This document shows, one piece after another, positions 13,098 through 25,650 of a stretch of 64,000 nt of DNA. The position numbers and the translations under genes were made by a program. Each line of letters opens with the position of its first letter. Position 1 is the stretch's first letter. Origin of the DNA: Vicugna vicugna (Eukaryota); NCBI GenBank assembly GCA_013265495.1, contig MU058198.1, positions 4,913,779 to 4,977,778 on the forward strand. Direction: 5' to 3'. The notes under the pieces were generated by a model that saw only the letters and a program-made list of their open reading frames with translations, was not told the DNA's origin and searched no databases.

Positions 13098-13580
13098 TGC
13101 TGTGGATTGAACATTATCCCCCACTTCTCCAGAATATTTGTTGAAGACCTATTCCCTAGTACCTCTGAATGTGACTTACTAGGAATAGGACCATTACAGA
13201 CGTAATTACTTAAGATGAGGTCATTGTAGAGTAAGGTGGGTCCTTAATCCCATACGAGTGGTGTCCTTTTATGAAGAATAGGGAGACATGATGTGGAAAA
13301 TGCCATGGGAAGACACAGAGACACCAGGAGAAGACAGCCAGGGGAAGACGGAGGCAGAGATTGAAGTGATGAGGTCGCAAGCCAAGGAATTCCTGGAGCC
13401 AGGAGGAAGTAGGAAGAAGCAAAAGAAAGATCCCGTCCCTGCAGGGCTCAGAGGGAGCATGGCCCTGGTGGCATCTTGATTTAGACTTTCAGCCTCCAGA
13501 ACTGGGAGATGGTAGTTTCTGTTGTGCTAAGCCATCCAGTTCATGATAGTTTATTACAGTGGCCCTAGGAAACGAATACA
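13098..13580 (+). mobile_element. MaLR solo LTR (MLT1C-like)
   Basis: TG...CA ends, perfect 5-bp TSD AGTAG (13093-13097, 13581-13585), typical MLT1 motifs (ttaagatgaggtcat, cagcctccagaactg, ccctaggaaacgaataca). Confidence 0.93.
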
Positions 13581-13849
13581 AGTAGAATATGTGGCTTTCT
13601 GGACTGTTAAAAATCCCTTAAAATTTCTATCAGCTAAGGTTATAAGTAACAGACGGTGAGCCTAGAAAACATAAGGGCAAATACAGAGCAAAGACAGGGG
13701 CAGCTTGTGGGATTAAAGATGACACTGAATAAAAAGTTAGCAGAAAAGATAGGAACGCAGCCAGTTCTGGACACTGGGTACAGGAACTCATTGCCAGTTT
13801 CTTCTCGGTACTGTTAAAATATCTTAGATCCAACTGCTTGAGGGTTCCA

Positions 13850-15320
13850 GTCCATTTCCCTGATTACTAGTAAACTTGAACATCCCTTCAAGTATTTATC
13901 TGCTGTTTATTTTTCTTCTTTTCTTTATTTCCTGTGTGTCCTTCCCCACATTAAAAAAAAATTGGTAGTCTTTTTTTTTTCTTTTAAAAATCTGTTCTAA
14001 GAGTTCTGAAATATTATGGATTTCACCATCCTATGACTGTCATGTATGCTACAAATAAATTCTCCCAGAATCTGACCTTGTAACTTTCTTTACAGAGTCT
14101 TTTGTCAAACAGATGTTTTAAATTTATCACAAGGTCAAATCAGTCACTTTTTTCTTTTATTGATTCTTTTGTTTATTGCTCCCTTTTTTTCCCATCCCAA
14201 GATTATAAAAGTACTGTATTGTCCTCCAATCTAATTTTTAATGCCCAGATCTTTAATTCATCTGCAGTTTAATGTTGTGTGTATAATGTGAAGGATGACT
14301 GTTACTCAAAATTTTCTAAATGTATATAGTCAGTTATGCCAACCCCAGTTTTTAAAGTCAGTTCTATGAGCCTTCTCTGATTTTCAGGGCCACCTTCATG
14401 GCACACAAACTTTCCTTCAAGTTGTAATTGCGTTTCTGGACTCTCTTGTTTTCCTAATCTGTTTGTCTATTTTTACATCAACAGCACACTTGTTAAATTA
14501 CTTTAGCTTGCTAAGATGTTTTGGTAGCAGATAGAGCATGTGTCCCTCACTTTTTTTTTTTTACAGCATTTTTATGATTTTTAAAAAATATTTGCTTTAA
14601 AAATAGGTTGCCAATTTTGATAAAAATACTGTTTAGAATTTAATTTATCGAGGACTGAATTTATAGATACTTTTGGGGGGAGATTTTAAAAATTTGCTTT
14701 ATTGAGTTACTCAGACCTTCTTTAAGATACTTTTATAAATTTACACAATTTTCTTTATATTTGCCTTGGCTATTTTTTCCTGTGCATCTCATTTGTTTGA
14801 AGAAGATACATCTTTTCATTAATCCTTCAAATTCATTGTTGTTTGTGTACAGGAAAGAAAACAGCTTTTGTGTATTTATCTGACCACCTAGCTGTTGTTC
14901 ACTTAATTGGATTGAGTTATAGTTTGAATAGTTTTTCAGTAGATTTTCTTCATTTTTCCAGATGGTCAAAAATATCTTCTACTAAGAATGACTCTCACCT
15001 TTTCTTTTGTAATATTTCATCTCCTTTAGATGGCTTATTGCTTTCATTCAAACTCTAGAATAATGTTATAGGGGAAAATGGGATGTCAGGAATTTTGTCT
15101 TTCCCTGACTTCACTGAGAATATTTTTATGTTTGCATTTGTTATGGATTTTTGGTAGATATACTTTCTTGAGTTGGGAGGTACTTTTCTGAGAATTTTCT
15201 TAAAGAAAAAATAAGGGCTGAAATTTATGAAATGTTTTTCTAGTGTCTACTTGAGTAATCAGATACATTTGTTCTTAATCTGTATTGTGGTGAGTTATAC
15301 AAACAGGAACCATCTCAAGT
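13850..15320 (-). mobile_element. Ancient L1 (L1ME-like) ORF2 remnant; resumes at ~16760-17900
   Basis: ORF 14733..14969 (INTQKLFSFLYTNN) and ORF 17366..17890 (NDFSGKYNLQKLAQEKVENLSRPITIEEI) resemble L1 ORF2p. Confidence 0.75.
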
Positions 15321-15329
15321 TCATCAGTC

Positions 15330-16755
15330 CTTTCATTCTTGGCCTTTTAATAGGCCTTGTAATTTTTTTTTGTTGAAAGTTGGACATGATGTACTGAGTA
15401 ACAACTGAGGTAAATGGACCCTTAACGTGAAGTTTTATGTTACTGTGGTTCTCGGGTGGATTGTATTTAATACTTGCTGTAGCTGCACGTGCCAGGGACT
15501 TCAGATTCCTGGAGTGAGGGAATGTCCTTCCCGTGGGTGGGATAAAACTCAGATACAGTCTCATCCCCAGAGAGTAGTCCTTCATTGTGGAGAATGTTCT
15601 GGACAAATTCTGCAGGCGTCGGTCTTCCCATTTCCCTCACCAGACCCACAAGCTGTGCTTTGTCTGCTCTGCACTGTGAGAACCTAGTGGGGTTTCCAGA
15701 GGTAAAGCCAGTGGAAGTGTGGGGTCCCTCTGTGGTATAATAAAAAATAAACATTTGCTCTTTGTTCCCAGTTACTGGCACAGAGCTCCTAAAATCCTTG
15801 GAATTTACCATCTTTTGTATGCTAATGAGGTGGTTCCTGGCAGGGGCCCCCTAGATGACTTTCTGGTGGGGACTGGCCACCAGAAAGACCAAGACAGGAT
15901 TATAGGGTTGGAACTTCCAGCCCCACACCCCAAACTCTGGGGAAAGAAGGGCTGGAGATTGAGTGCAATCACTAATGGCCAGTCAAGCTGTGTAATAAAA
16001 CTTCCACGAACACCCTTAAACTACCATGAGATTCAGAGAGCTTTTCGGTTAGGGGACACCTTGGTGCCCTGGGATTGTGTCACAGACAAAAAGGACATGA
16101 AGAGTGCACTACCCTTCACCCCCGTACCTTGTCCCACGCATGCATTCCACTTGGCTGTTCCTGAGCTGCGACCTTTATAATAAACTGGCCAGTGTAAATA
16201 AAATGTTTTCTTGAGTTCCGTGAGTCGCTCTAGCAAATTGTAGAATCTCCAAAGATGGTCATGGGAACCCCAAATTTGCAGTTGGCTGGCAAAAGTGTCA
16301 GTAGCCTGAGCACCCCATTTGTGGCTGGCATCTGAAGTGGGGCTGTCTCGTTGGACATGCACGTGAACCCGTGGGGTCTGTACTAACTCTGGGTGGTTGT
16401 CAGAATTAAACCGAGTCATTGGGCACCCAGTTGATATCGGAAAGCCCTAAGACTGGGGCTCCCCCATGATTCTCTCACTCTCACGCTACACCAGGTCCAC
16501 ACCTGGCCTCCAGCTATTTGTCAAAATGACCATTTATCTGTTCCTACAGTCCAGATAAGCAGATCTTGACCAGAACTCTCTAGAGTCGCCTGTTTCTCCA
16601 GATTACAAGGTGGGGGTTTGCCCCCTTACAACTTCAGTTCTCTGACAGATCCAAGAAAAGTAATTGATTTTCCACTTGTTCAACTTTTTCTTATTGGAAG
16701 GTTGGGAGCGACAACTTCCAAGATCTTTTGATGCTGAAACTAAAACTGGAAGTCT
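15330..16755 (-). mobile_element. L1 5' end / ORF1-start fragment (L1M4/L1MC-type), interrupted by an LTR
   Basis: ORF 15295..15606 includes MSNFQQKKITR (old L1 ORF1 N-terminus-like); the right end gacaacttccaagatc...aaactggaagtc resembles old L1 5' termini. Confidence 0.6.
15731..16440 (+). mobile_element. ERV LTR, MER21-like
   Basis: Starts tgtggtataataaaaaata; contains ggcacagagctcctaaaatccttggaat, ccaccagaaagaccaag, ctttataataaactgg and tttcttgagttccgtgagtcgctctagcaaatt, typical of MER21. Confidence 0.85.
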
Positions 16756-16877
16756 GCTCACATTGTTTGAATGAACCCTACGTGGCTCTGGTATTCTTTC
16801 ACCCACTTCTGAAGAGGTTTGCCCCCTAGTTTACATCTGTATCCGTCAGTGAGACTAGGCTGTCATTTTCCATTGGG

Positions 16878-16898
16878 GTGTGTGTGTGTGTGTGTGTG
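16878..16898. repeat. (TG)n microsatellite
   Basis: About 10 TG units, read directly. Confidence 0.95.
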
Positions 16899-18369
16899 CG
16901 TGCACGCGTATCTTGTTTGTACAGAATAAGCTGAGACGCTTCCTTTCTTTTTAATTTTAGGGCTTTTTATTGTATCCTAAAGGTTTGAGAAACCTGTGAA
17001 AAGCTTGGGTGTCTTTTTCATTTATTTGTGTTTTTTTTTCCTTGTACTGTTTGCACTGATGAACACACACAAAACAAACACACCTACATACACACGCATA
17101 TTCAGACATACACATACATAATGCTACTTCAGAGGACTAGCTAGCGTGAAGACGTTTGGTCATGGAATCCTTAATTTACGTGCAGTCTTTTGTTTCTCCT
17201 GTTTTGATCAAACTTCATCTTCTACTTTCCCCCTTCTTTCCTTAGCAGCTCATTCCCCAACCCTCACTCTGTAACCAGTGCTTATAGTCTGGTATGTAGG
17301 TTTCCAGAACCTTCTCTACGATCATAAAATTCTACAAACCCAGGTGTGTGCACACATACCCACCATCACACACCCGGGGAATTATTTTGATGATTGTTTT
17401 TTGCAAAAAGCAGAATACACTGAAATGGACTTCTCTGTGTCTTGCCATTTCTGCTATCAGTACATTCTGCAAGTTGCCCCAAATCAGCTGATAAAAACGA
17501 AGCTCGTTTTGTTGTGACTATGTAATTTCCCACAGTAGGCCATTTACTTTCTCCCTTGCTTTGTTCCTCTACAAATAATTCTGCATTAAGAACTGTAACA
17601 CATGTCTGTGTACTGGTGCTTTTATTTCTATGTGATGGACTCCCAGGAGTGGGATTTCTGAGTTGAGAGATACGTGTGTTTTTAATTTTAATAGCTGTTT
17701 CCCCATTGCTTTCACTGACAGCATTTCCAATTTCTTCGATGGTTATTGGTCGACTCAAGTTTTCCACCTTTTCTTGAGCCAATTTCTGTAAATTGTATTT
17801 TCCCGAGAAGTCATTCCTTTTGCATGGATTTTTAAGATGGGTATACATTTTACATAGTGCTGTCATACAATTTTTAAAATTCTCCCCCACATCTGTAGAC
17901 CTTTGAACACTGTGTCTGTATGTGTCTTCTCTTTTTCTGTCTAGCTGCTCTGAAAGTAACTCTCCTGTTTTTCAACTTGAGAATACCCTGAGGGACTTGC
18001 AACTTTTTGTGTTTGTTCATTTTAGGTTTGGAATCAACCACTCTTTCCTCTTCAGCACAGTCGTTTCCTACAGTGTGGGAATTACTCCAGTGTTTCCCCC
18101 AATAGATCTGGCACAATTTGTTGGCTTCTGAAACTTATTCTTTAAAAAAAAATATATATGCTTTGGGGTCATTTCTTGGAATTTTGGTGGAGAAAGGAAA
18201 CACTTGTTCTAAAAATCACACATTAATTTAGTCTTCTCGATGTGCATTTTAATGGACCAGCAGTTTTAACAAATGTATATTTGTCAAGACAGGAAAAACA
18301 GATACAGTGCAATTCTTGGCAAATCTCTAAAAAACAATAGTGACAAAGAAAATTAAATACGGCCATACG

Positions 18370-18540
18370 TTCTCCGGGTGTTTCACATGCATTATCTGGT
18401 TTAATTTCCAGAGCTGAACTGTCAGGTAACTATGTACTGAGGCCCATTTTATAGTTGAGAAAACCGAGGCTGAGAGAGGTAGAGAAATTCACCTAGTCAA
18501 GTGCAGGGCCAGGACAAAATCAGTTTCATAATCAATTGCT
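18370..18540 (-). mobile_element. MIR SINE
   Basis: cccattttatagttgagaaaaccgaggctgagagaggt core. Confidence 0.8.
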
Positions 18541-18679
18541 CTGATGTGCCCTCGCAAAGGCTTTCCTCTAAGCAGCTAAGTTGCTTTATTTCTCTGATGA
18601 CATTTCATCCACCTGCAGAACAAGAAGACCCAACTGCCTGGGTTCTGTTCTGAATACCTACCCTCATGGCTGTCCGTCA

Positions 18680-19470
18680 TTTTTCGAGCACTGTTTTGAC
18701 AGTGTGACTGTATCTGTACCTGCATTTGGTGCATGTGTCCAAGAGTTTTCTTGAGCACTTGTCCAGAAGTAGAAATGCTGGGTCACTGGGTATACCTGTA
18801 TCTTCAGCATTAGTGAACAATGCCAAACTGCCTTTCAAAGTGGTTCTGCCAGTGTCTCCTCCCACTGGCAGCGTCTGAGAGGTCCTGTTGCTCCACATTC
18901 TTGCTTATTCTTGATATTGCTTGAATTCTTCATCTTTGCCAAAAACATGTAGTGGTAGATTATGGCGGTTTTGATGTGCATTTCCCTGATTCTAATGGCA
19001 TTGGACACCCGTTGTTTCTTTTTTGGCTATTTGGATTTATTTCTTTTGTGTTGTAATTTACTCATTTTTCTCCTGTGTGTCCGGCTTTCTTCCTGTTAAA
19101 TATCCTGGATATGAATCTTTTGTTAGCTTTATGTATTTGAAATATACTTTCTACTGTGTGGCCTGATTTTTCCTCACTCTCAATGATTTTTTTGTGATAA
19201 ATACAATTTATTAGTGGGAGGGAGGGTATAGCTCAGTGGTAGAATGTGTGCTTGGCGTGCACAAGGTTCTAGGTTCAATCCCCAGTATCTCTGTTAAGGA
19301 GGAAAAAAAGATAAATAGAAACTTAACCAATTTTAATGTAATAAAAAGGTATTATTCTATACGTTTATTCATTGAACTTCTTGGGTTTTTTTTGAAGATT
19401 TCTCTGTCCACTGTGATGGCATGGAGGTATTCTGTATCATCCTCTAAAGTCTTATAATTTTGGCCAGTTG
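18680..19470 (-). mobile_element. Old L1 ORF2 C-terminal remnant hosting a SINE
   Basis: ORF 18677..18898 (GRTTLKGSLA...IPSDPAFLLL) resembles the degenerate ORF2p C-terminus. Confidence 0.75.
19216..19325 (+). mobile_element. tRNA-Ala-derived SINE (camelid Vic-1 type)
   Basis: gggagggtatagctcagtggtagaatgtgtgcttggcgtgcacaaggttctaggttcaatccccagtatctc has an A box, a B box and an A-rich tail. Confidence 0.9.
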
Positions 19471-19671
19471 GATATATTAAACATTCTTTTGGTTTTTATA
19501 GACAAGTGTTCTATGGTATGTTTTTCTGGGGGGAAAAAAAGTATTTAATCTAGGTAGTTAGAGGTTTAAATATCTCTTTCCTTTAAAGTCACCTGAACCT
19601 AGAAACTTTGTGCATAAAGCCTTCCTCCAGTGCTACCTCATTTCCCCGCTGATGTCCGGCGTTTGGAGTCA

Positions 19672-20071
19672 CGTATCAGTCTGGTCGGGCTTCCATAGCC
19701 GAATCCCATAGAATCGGGGGCTTAAACCATAGAAATTGATTTTCTCACAGTTCTGGAGGCCGGACGTCCAAGATCAAGGTGTCAGCGGGTTGATTTTCTT
19801 CGGAGGCCTCTCTGCTGGGCTTGCAGTCGGCCGCCTTCTTGCTGCCTCTTCACGTGGCCGTCCCCCTGTGCAGGGCACCCCTGGTGTCTCTCCGAGTGTC
19901 CCAGCCTCTTCTTATAAAAACACCTATCAGATTGGATTAGGGCCCGCTTGATGGCCTCATTTCAGCTTCATCTCTCCAAAGGCCCCATCTTCCAATTCAG
20001 TCCCATTCTGAGGTATTGGGGCTGGAGCTTCAACACATAAATTTTGAGGGGACGTGATTCAGTTCATAATG
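19672..20071 (-). mobile_element. MaLR solo LTR (MLT1B-like)
   Basis: ttttctcacagttctggaggc..gtccaagatcaaggtgtcagc and cagattggattagggccc are antisense MLT1 landmarks. Confidence 0.88.
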
Positions 20072-22619
20072 GAGGCTAATGATCTGAGACTTTGTACATG
20101 TCCTTTATTGATGGGAGCTGACTGGTGCTTCTGAGTAACTCATGGGTCCCTCTGAAAGGCTGGAGACCTGCCTCGTGCGCAGAGGGCTTATTCCTCTGTA
20201 TTAAAGATAACATTTATTGCCGAGGAGGCAGTAAGGTTCATTCTTCCATGCGCTGGGATCTTGCGCAGGAATTTTAATGGTCAGAACATCCATTTCGTTG
20301 GCTTCTCTGAGTCTGATACTCCTCCTTTATGAGTGTTGAGGGAATCCTGGTTTCCTGGAAGGCTCCCTCAGCCATGCACGTAGAAGAGAAGTGGGCTCAG
20401 TCTTACCAGACCACAGAGTCCCAGAAAACGTACCCAACCCAGGCGGTCTCGTCCTTGAGAGAGTTAAGACAAACTTTAGTATAAAATCCATCCTTAAAAC
20501 CCGGCCTCCCACTGAGAATAAAGAAGACCTGTCAAACCCGACACCTTCTGTCCGCCCTGGTGGCTGGGATCCAGTTTCCAGAGCACTGGTGTGCCTTAGG
20601 AAGGCGCCTGAAGGCTTCAGGCGGATTCACAGAGGGTATGGGGGGAGGCGCTGGGTGAAGGAGGGCACGGGAAAGTTAACAGCCCTGTCGACAGGAGGAG
20701 CAGATATGGCCATTTCTCCTGTGATGTTGATTTGGCAGAGGTGGAAGGGGAGAAATTCGGTCAACCCCTAGATTGGAAACTCTCCCTAAGAGGAGAGTCT
20801 CCTGTCCCTACAGTGCCCTGTGTGTGGCTTTAGGGTCCTGTGCTAGGAAGACTGGCCCCTTTAATCAGTCACATTCTGCTGTGGCGCAGTCCCTCTGTTT
20901 CAGATTTGTGCATCATCTGTCTTCACCTTCAGCAAACAGTCTCACGCACACACGCACACACATTGATCAATGCATACACGTCTACTGAGGCATTTTTTTA
21001 ATGGCAGGTTTGAATCCCCAGGATTCAGCCAATCTCTCTCTCACTGGCTGTAGGGACGGGTGCATTTTAGGTGCTCAATAAATATAGTTTGAGTGAATGC
21101 TGAATCGTTGGCCGACACCGTTAAGAATTACTATGTCAGTGGGATCCTGATTAGGAACATTGGGAGTGAGATTGGGACAGCTAAGGTCGTCTCCCCACAT
21201 GCAAGCAAGTGGCTCGACCTTGCAGAGCCTGACATGTAATAGGAGCTCATTGTCTGCTGAGCCTCAGTTTACTCTGCTGTAAAATACACAGACAGACAGA
21301 CAGGTAGAAATGTAGATTTAAGTAGGCATGTATCTCCTTCAGAGTGTTCTTTTGAGACATCAGAAAAATGAAGCAAAAAAAAAAGGTCCTAGGATGGTTC
21401 CTGTCCGATGATGCACAGGTACCGACCAGATCAGAATCCATCCCTCCGTGTTTGTCTCGTTGCACCTGCTGCCCCTGCCTCCCACCTGCACGAGGATGGG
21501 GACCGCCAAGACGGAAGACGCCAGGACTCAACCACTGTCTCTGGGATCTTGTTAAAGAGATTGGAACAGTCTTAGGAACTTTGGTGGCTACAACGGCTTC
21601 TATGCCAACAAGCTGATTTTTTTTTAAAAACAGATTGAAGATTTATCGTAAGCTACTAAATCAGATGGAACAGCAGGCATCACAGCCTGCTCCTCTCTCC
21701 TCGCCTGCTGCCCCCACTCCGTGGCCCGGCGCTCCTTGCCCCAGCAACAGCCTGCAGCATGTCAGGGTCGTCTCAAAAGGAAAGGAAATGCGACCGCTGT
21801 TGAGGTTGGAGAAGAAAATATTTCCTAAACAGAAACCATTTAGTGAGCCCTCACTTTGAAAAGGTTCAGGATTCAGACAAACGGCAGTAAAAGCGGGCGT
21901 TTCATCGGGAGGCTGAAGCTCTGCGGGAGGAATTTCCTGAAGGAGCAAATGCGGTAATTCCGATGGTCAACTTTACACACTGGCTGGGAGTCTTGCCTAA
22001 CGCCCCTGCCACACTCCTTGCCGGGAAATTGCGGGCGAGGTGGTTCATAAACACTGCGTCTGCCTGTAAGAGAAAACGGGATGAAAAGATCCCTGTTCAG
22101 GCAGGTCCGCTGGTCAGGTGATGCTCCCAGAGCTGCTTTGTCTCACAGCCCCTGAGAATCCCTGTGGCCTCTAAGTGCGTGTGTGCACGTGCACGCGCAC
22201 ATCTGTGTGTATTTCCCCTGTACCTCTGCGATTCTGGTTTTATGAACACATGTAATGCAAGAATAATAGCAGTAATTACTGGAGGCTCCTGGGGTACCAG
22301 AAAGGAGCTCAGTGAAAGATGGCTTGAGGGGCGGCCATCTGCTCCTGGGGAGCGGGAGGGGCTTGCATCCGAGTCACAGCCCCAGGGACCAGCCTGGTGA
22401 CTGGCTGTCTGTGGAGAAACAGCACGGATGGTGTGAGCTCTACAGATCGATCCCCTATGAGCGAGAGGAAGTCTGGACTGTGAGATAATATCACTCTCTT
22501 AACAAGTGGAGGAGGACAGGTCGTGGCCACTTTCCCCTGTCGCGAGGGGATGGTGGGGATGGCGTCAGAGACTTGGGAAGAGGATGGATGCTAAAGGCAG
22601 GCCCCCCTCCCCCAACGGC

Positions 22620-23220
22620 CACCGCCCGTGGATTTAATCTTAGTTCGGCCGCTTGTAAGCTCTGTGGCTTTGGGCAAGTTATTTGACGTCTTTTTGACTT
22701 TTCTTCTCCGACGCAAAGTAATTAAATAGGAACATCTTATTAGTAGTTACAGGGCAGGCTCAGGAGTTCAACTGCTTGTCCCAGGATATCGGAGGGACCT
22801 TGGACCCACAACCCAAGTCTGCAGAGCGCACCGTCTTCAACAGCAGAAGCAGCAACACCGCACGTTGATTCTGCTCGGAGCTCCGTGTCACCTCCTATGA
22901 TCCTCACAGAAACACTATGAGTAGGTGGTGCTATTAACCCCTGCTTCCCCACGGGGAGACCAAGGCACAGAGTCACTTGTCTCTGGGAGTCACTAGCATT
23001 TCTCAGATTCCAGACTCTGTGCCAAGCCCTTCATATGTGTCATCTAATTCCTGGAACACCTCTGTTTTGAGCTTGATATAAACGTATTGTTATCTTAGTT
23101 TTAGAGATGAAGAAAATAAGGCTCAGAGAGGTTTGATTACTTGGCCAGGACGGCACAGGCCCAGGATTCAGGTCTCTTGTCTGTCTCTCTCCAAAGCTTC
23201 AGGTCTTCCTGCCATGTTCC
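22620..23220. mobile_element. Cluster of MIR fragments (one +, two -)
   Basis: tgtggctttgggcaagttatttgac (+, ~22660); ttttagagatgaagaaaataaggctcagagaggtt (-, ~23100). Confidence 0.7.
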
Positions 23221-23439
23221 TCTCTCCGTCTTTGGAATCTTAACAGGTCGAAGTCCCAGGCCATCCAATCTTCTGTTGGACCACTCAACTCAGGGCCTGG
23301 AGGGATGAATTAGATTACAGTGGGGTATTTTCAGGGTAAATCCATGGGTCCCATCCCCGTGGGCATGAGTTATGTCCTTGCTGACAGCAGTCTGCTTCTC
23401 TGATGAGCCTTGTGGTGTTCCCAGCACCTGGCTGCCCCG

Positions 23440-23680
23440 TCTCTTCCCTCCTTCTCTCTTGCCCTTGTTTTGTCCTTCTCTCCTCTCCTCCATCCATCCC
23501 TCCATCCCTCATCCATCTCTCCATCCCTTCATCCATCCCTCCATCCATGCTTCTGCTCCTCTTCTATCCCTCTCTATCTCTTTTCTTCCCTCCCTTCATC
23601 CCTTCAGTTCCCCATCCATCCCTCCCTCCCTCCCTTCGTTCATCCATCTGTCCCTCCTCCCTCCCTCCCTCTCTCCTTCA
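23440..23680. repeat. (CCAT/CCCT)n pyrimidine-rich low-complexity tract
   Basis: Read directly. Confidence 0.92.
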
Positions 23681-24224
23681 TGTGCCCGATGCCATGCTAC
23701 ATATTGTGAGCACAGCAGTGAACAAAACCGACACAATGACCTGCAGTCAGGGAACTCAGAGAACGTAGGTAGGAGATGGTGTCAGAGGGTCTGTTACTTT
23801 GGTACCTCCAAGGAGCAGAAGCAGAGGCCGATGCAAGATGAGTCATACAGGAGGTTTCGGGAAGAAGGTGGAAGAAAAAGACAAGGAAGATGGACATGGC
23901 AGGGAGTTTTCAGGCTGCAGTGCAGGTCTGACGCCTGCAGAGGAGAGGCCGAGGAAGGAGGGTTGGGCAGGACTTGCCGCAGACACGATTCTAGAAGAAA
24001 CTGCACCGGGCCAATGGAGAGTCCTCAAACCAGAGCCTCCCACCCATCAGTTATGCTTCTGCTGCAGTGGGCTCGAGGCGTGTGTTTTCACAACTGCCTC
24101 AAAGCGGGTGCCCAGGATCTAAATTGGGGGAAGGAAAATCCATTTGGGGGCCAAAAAATCGAGGCTTCATGTCAGAAGCTTTATAGAGTGAGGAGCGAGA
24201 ATAGGATGACAGGAAGAAGGCTAA

Positions 24225-24430
24225 TAAGAAATACTGACGTATACTTACCTAGAGCCAGGCACTCTGTATGCAGTATCTTATTTAATCCTTACAACAATCC
24301 TATCAAGTAGTGACTGTTACCAGCTCCATTTTTCAAATAAGAAAACTGAAATGCACAGAGTCTAATTAACACAAATTACAAGTCCTGCATCCAGACTCAG
24401 TGGTGTGTGTCCTCTTAACCGTTCTGTGAA
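24225..24430 (-). mobile_element. MIR SINE
   Basis: gccaggcactctg...ttatttaatccttacaacaatcctatcaagtag...ccatttttcaaataagaaaactga. Confidence 0.85.
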
Positions 24431-24939
24431 GAGCAAAGACAGCTAGAGTTCCTCCTTGCTGGGTGCTGGTGAGCAGAGTGTGGGTGGATTTTTTGTTTTT
24501 GTTTTTTGGGTTTTTTTCTTTTTGCTAAAGGCTCAGGATCAGGCCAGACAGTTGTCACAATGCTATTTCTTGCTCAAAACTCTCTTCCTGCTCAAAAGCA
24601 CACTCCAGCCCCTGATGTGATCACTTCCCATGTCAGGACACGACCCAGATCTATCTTGCCTTCCCCGCACTTGGCAGGGCTTAACCCATCCCGGTGCTCA
24701 GTTAATGTTTGGTGAATAAATTACTCACCAGTTAGAATGTGGTTGTATAAATACATGCATGCAAATTGTCTCTGGAGTTCCAGGGAGTGGTCAGCTCGGA
24801 CCTGTGCTCAGACCGCAGAGAAGGTTTTTGTTGTAAGTGATCCCTCTACCCCAAGGGTTGGTGAGTAGTAAGAAGAGACTTCATTCGCACCGGCCTGTGG
24901 GCGGAGTCTGCTGGGGTGGGCGTGGCTACTCATGATTCC

Positions 24940-25470
24940 CTGTGTTTCTATGAGCTTTCAGAGCATCACCCGCCACCCCAAACTTAGTGGCTTAACATGG
25001 TAGTTATTTTATAATTTCTCATGATTCTGTGGCTGGTGGGGTGGTTCTTCTGGTCATGGGCCAACGCAGCCTGCTCTCTGCAGGCAGCTGGTAGCGTGGC
25101 TGCCTCTTCGAGGATGGTCGCACTCATGCCTGATGATTGGCTCTGTGTCAGTGGGGCAATAGGCATGACTCAGCCACGTGTCCCTCAATATCTGGCAAGC
25201 TTAGTGAGCCTGGCTGGTCGCAGAACTGTGGTTTCAGGGTTCCCGAAGCAGCAAAGAGAGTCAACTCCAATGTGCCAGTGCTTTTCTGCCTCTGCTGGTA
25301 TCACATTTGCTGATGTCCCATTGACCCAAGCAACTCACCTGGGCAAGGCCAGATTCCAGGTGTAGATGAATCAGTTCCACCTGTTGATGGGAGGAGCTGC
25401 CAAGTCATATTAGAAACGGGTGCATCTCTACGGGTGAGAAACCTTTGTCACCATTTTTGTAACATACCAT
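24940..25470 (-). mobile_element. MaLR LTR (MLT1F/G-like)
   Basis: cccaaacttagtggcttaa...ttctcatgattctgtgg and tcacatttgctgatgtcccattgacccaagcaactcac. Confidence 0.8.
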
Positions 25471-25519
25471 GCTGCTCATGTCCCTCTGGGTCCAGCTATC
25501 TAAATAATTCTTTTTGCCA

Positions 25520-25650
25520 ACATCCCTCCTTCCCTTCCTTCCTTTTTTCCTTTCATCCGTCCACCAACCCATCTCTTCAGCTTTCCTTCTTCCCATCCAT
25601 CCATCCATCCATCATCTATCCATCCGTCATCTGTCATCCATCCATATATC
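25520..25650. repeat. (TTCC/TCCA)n simple repeat
   Basis: Read directly. Confidence 0.9.

Noticed and set aside
19216..19295. Possible tRNA-Ala gene (also 51090-51166)
   Set aside because: Mismatched stems, G-rich leader, A-rich tail and (for the second copy) a TSD indicate SINE copies
23372..24310. Longest ORF in the window (312 aa)
   Set aside because: It runs through a (CCAT/CCCT)n tract and L2/LTR/MIR remnants, and resembles no protein I recognise
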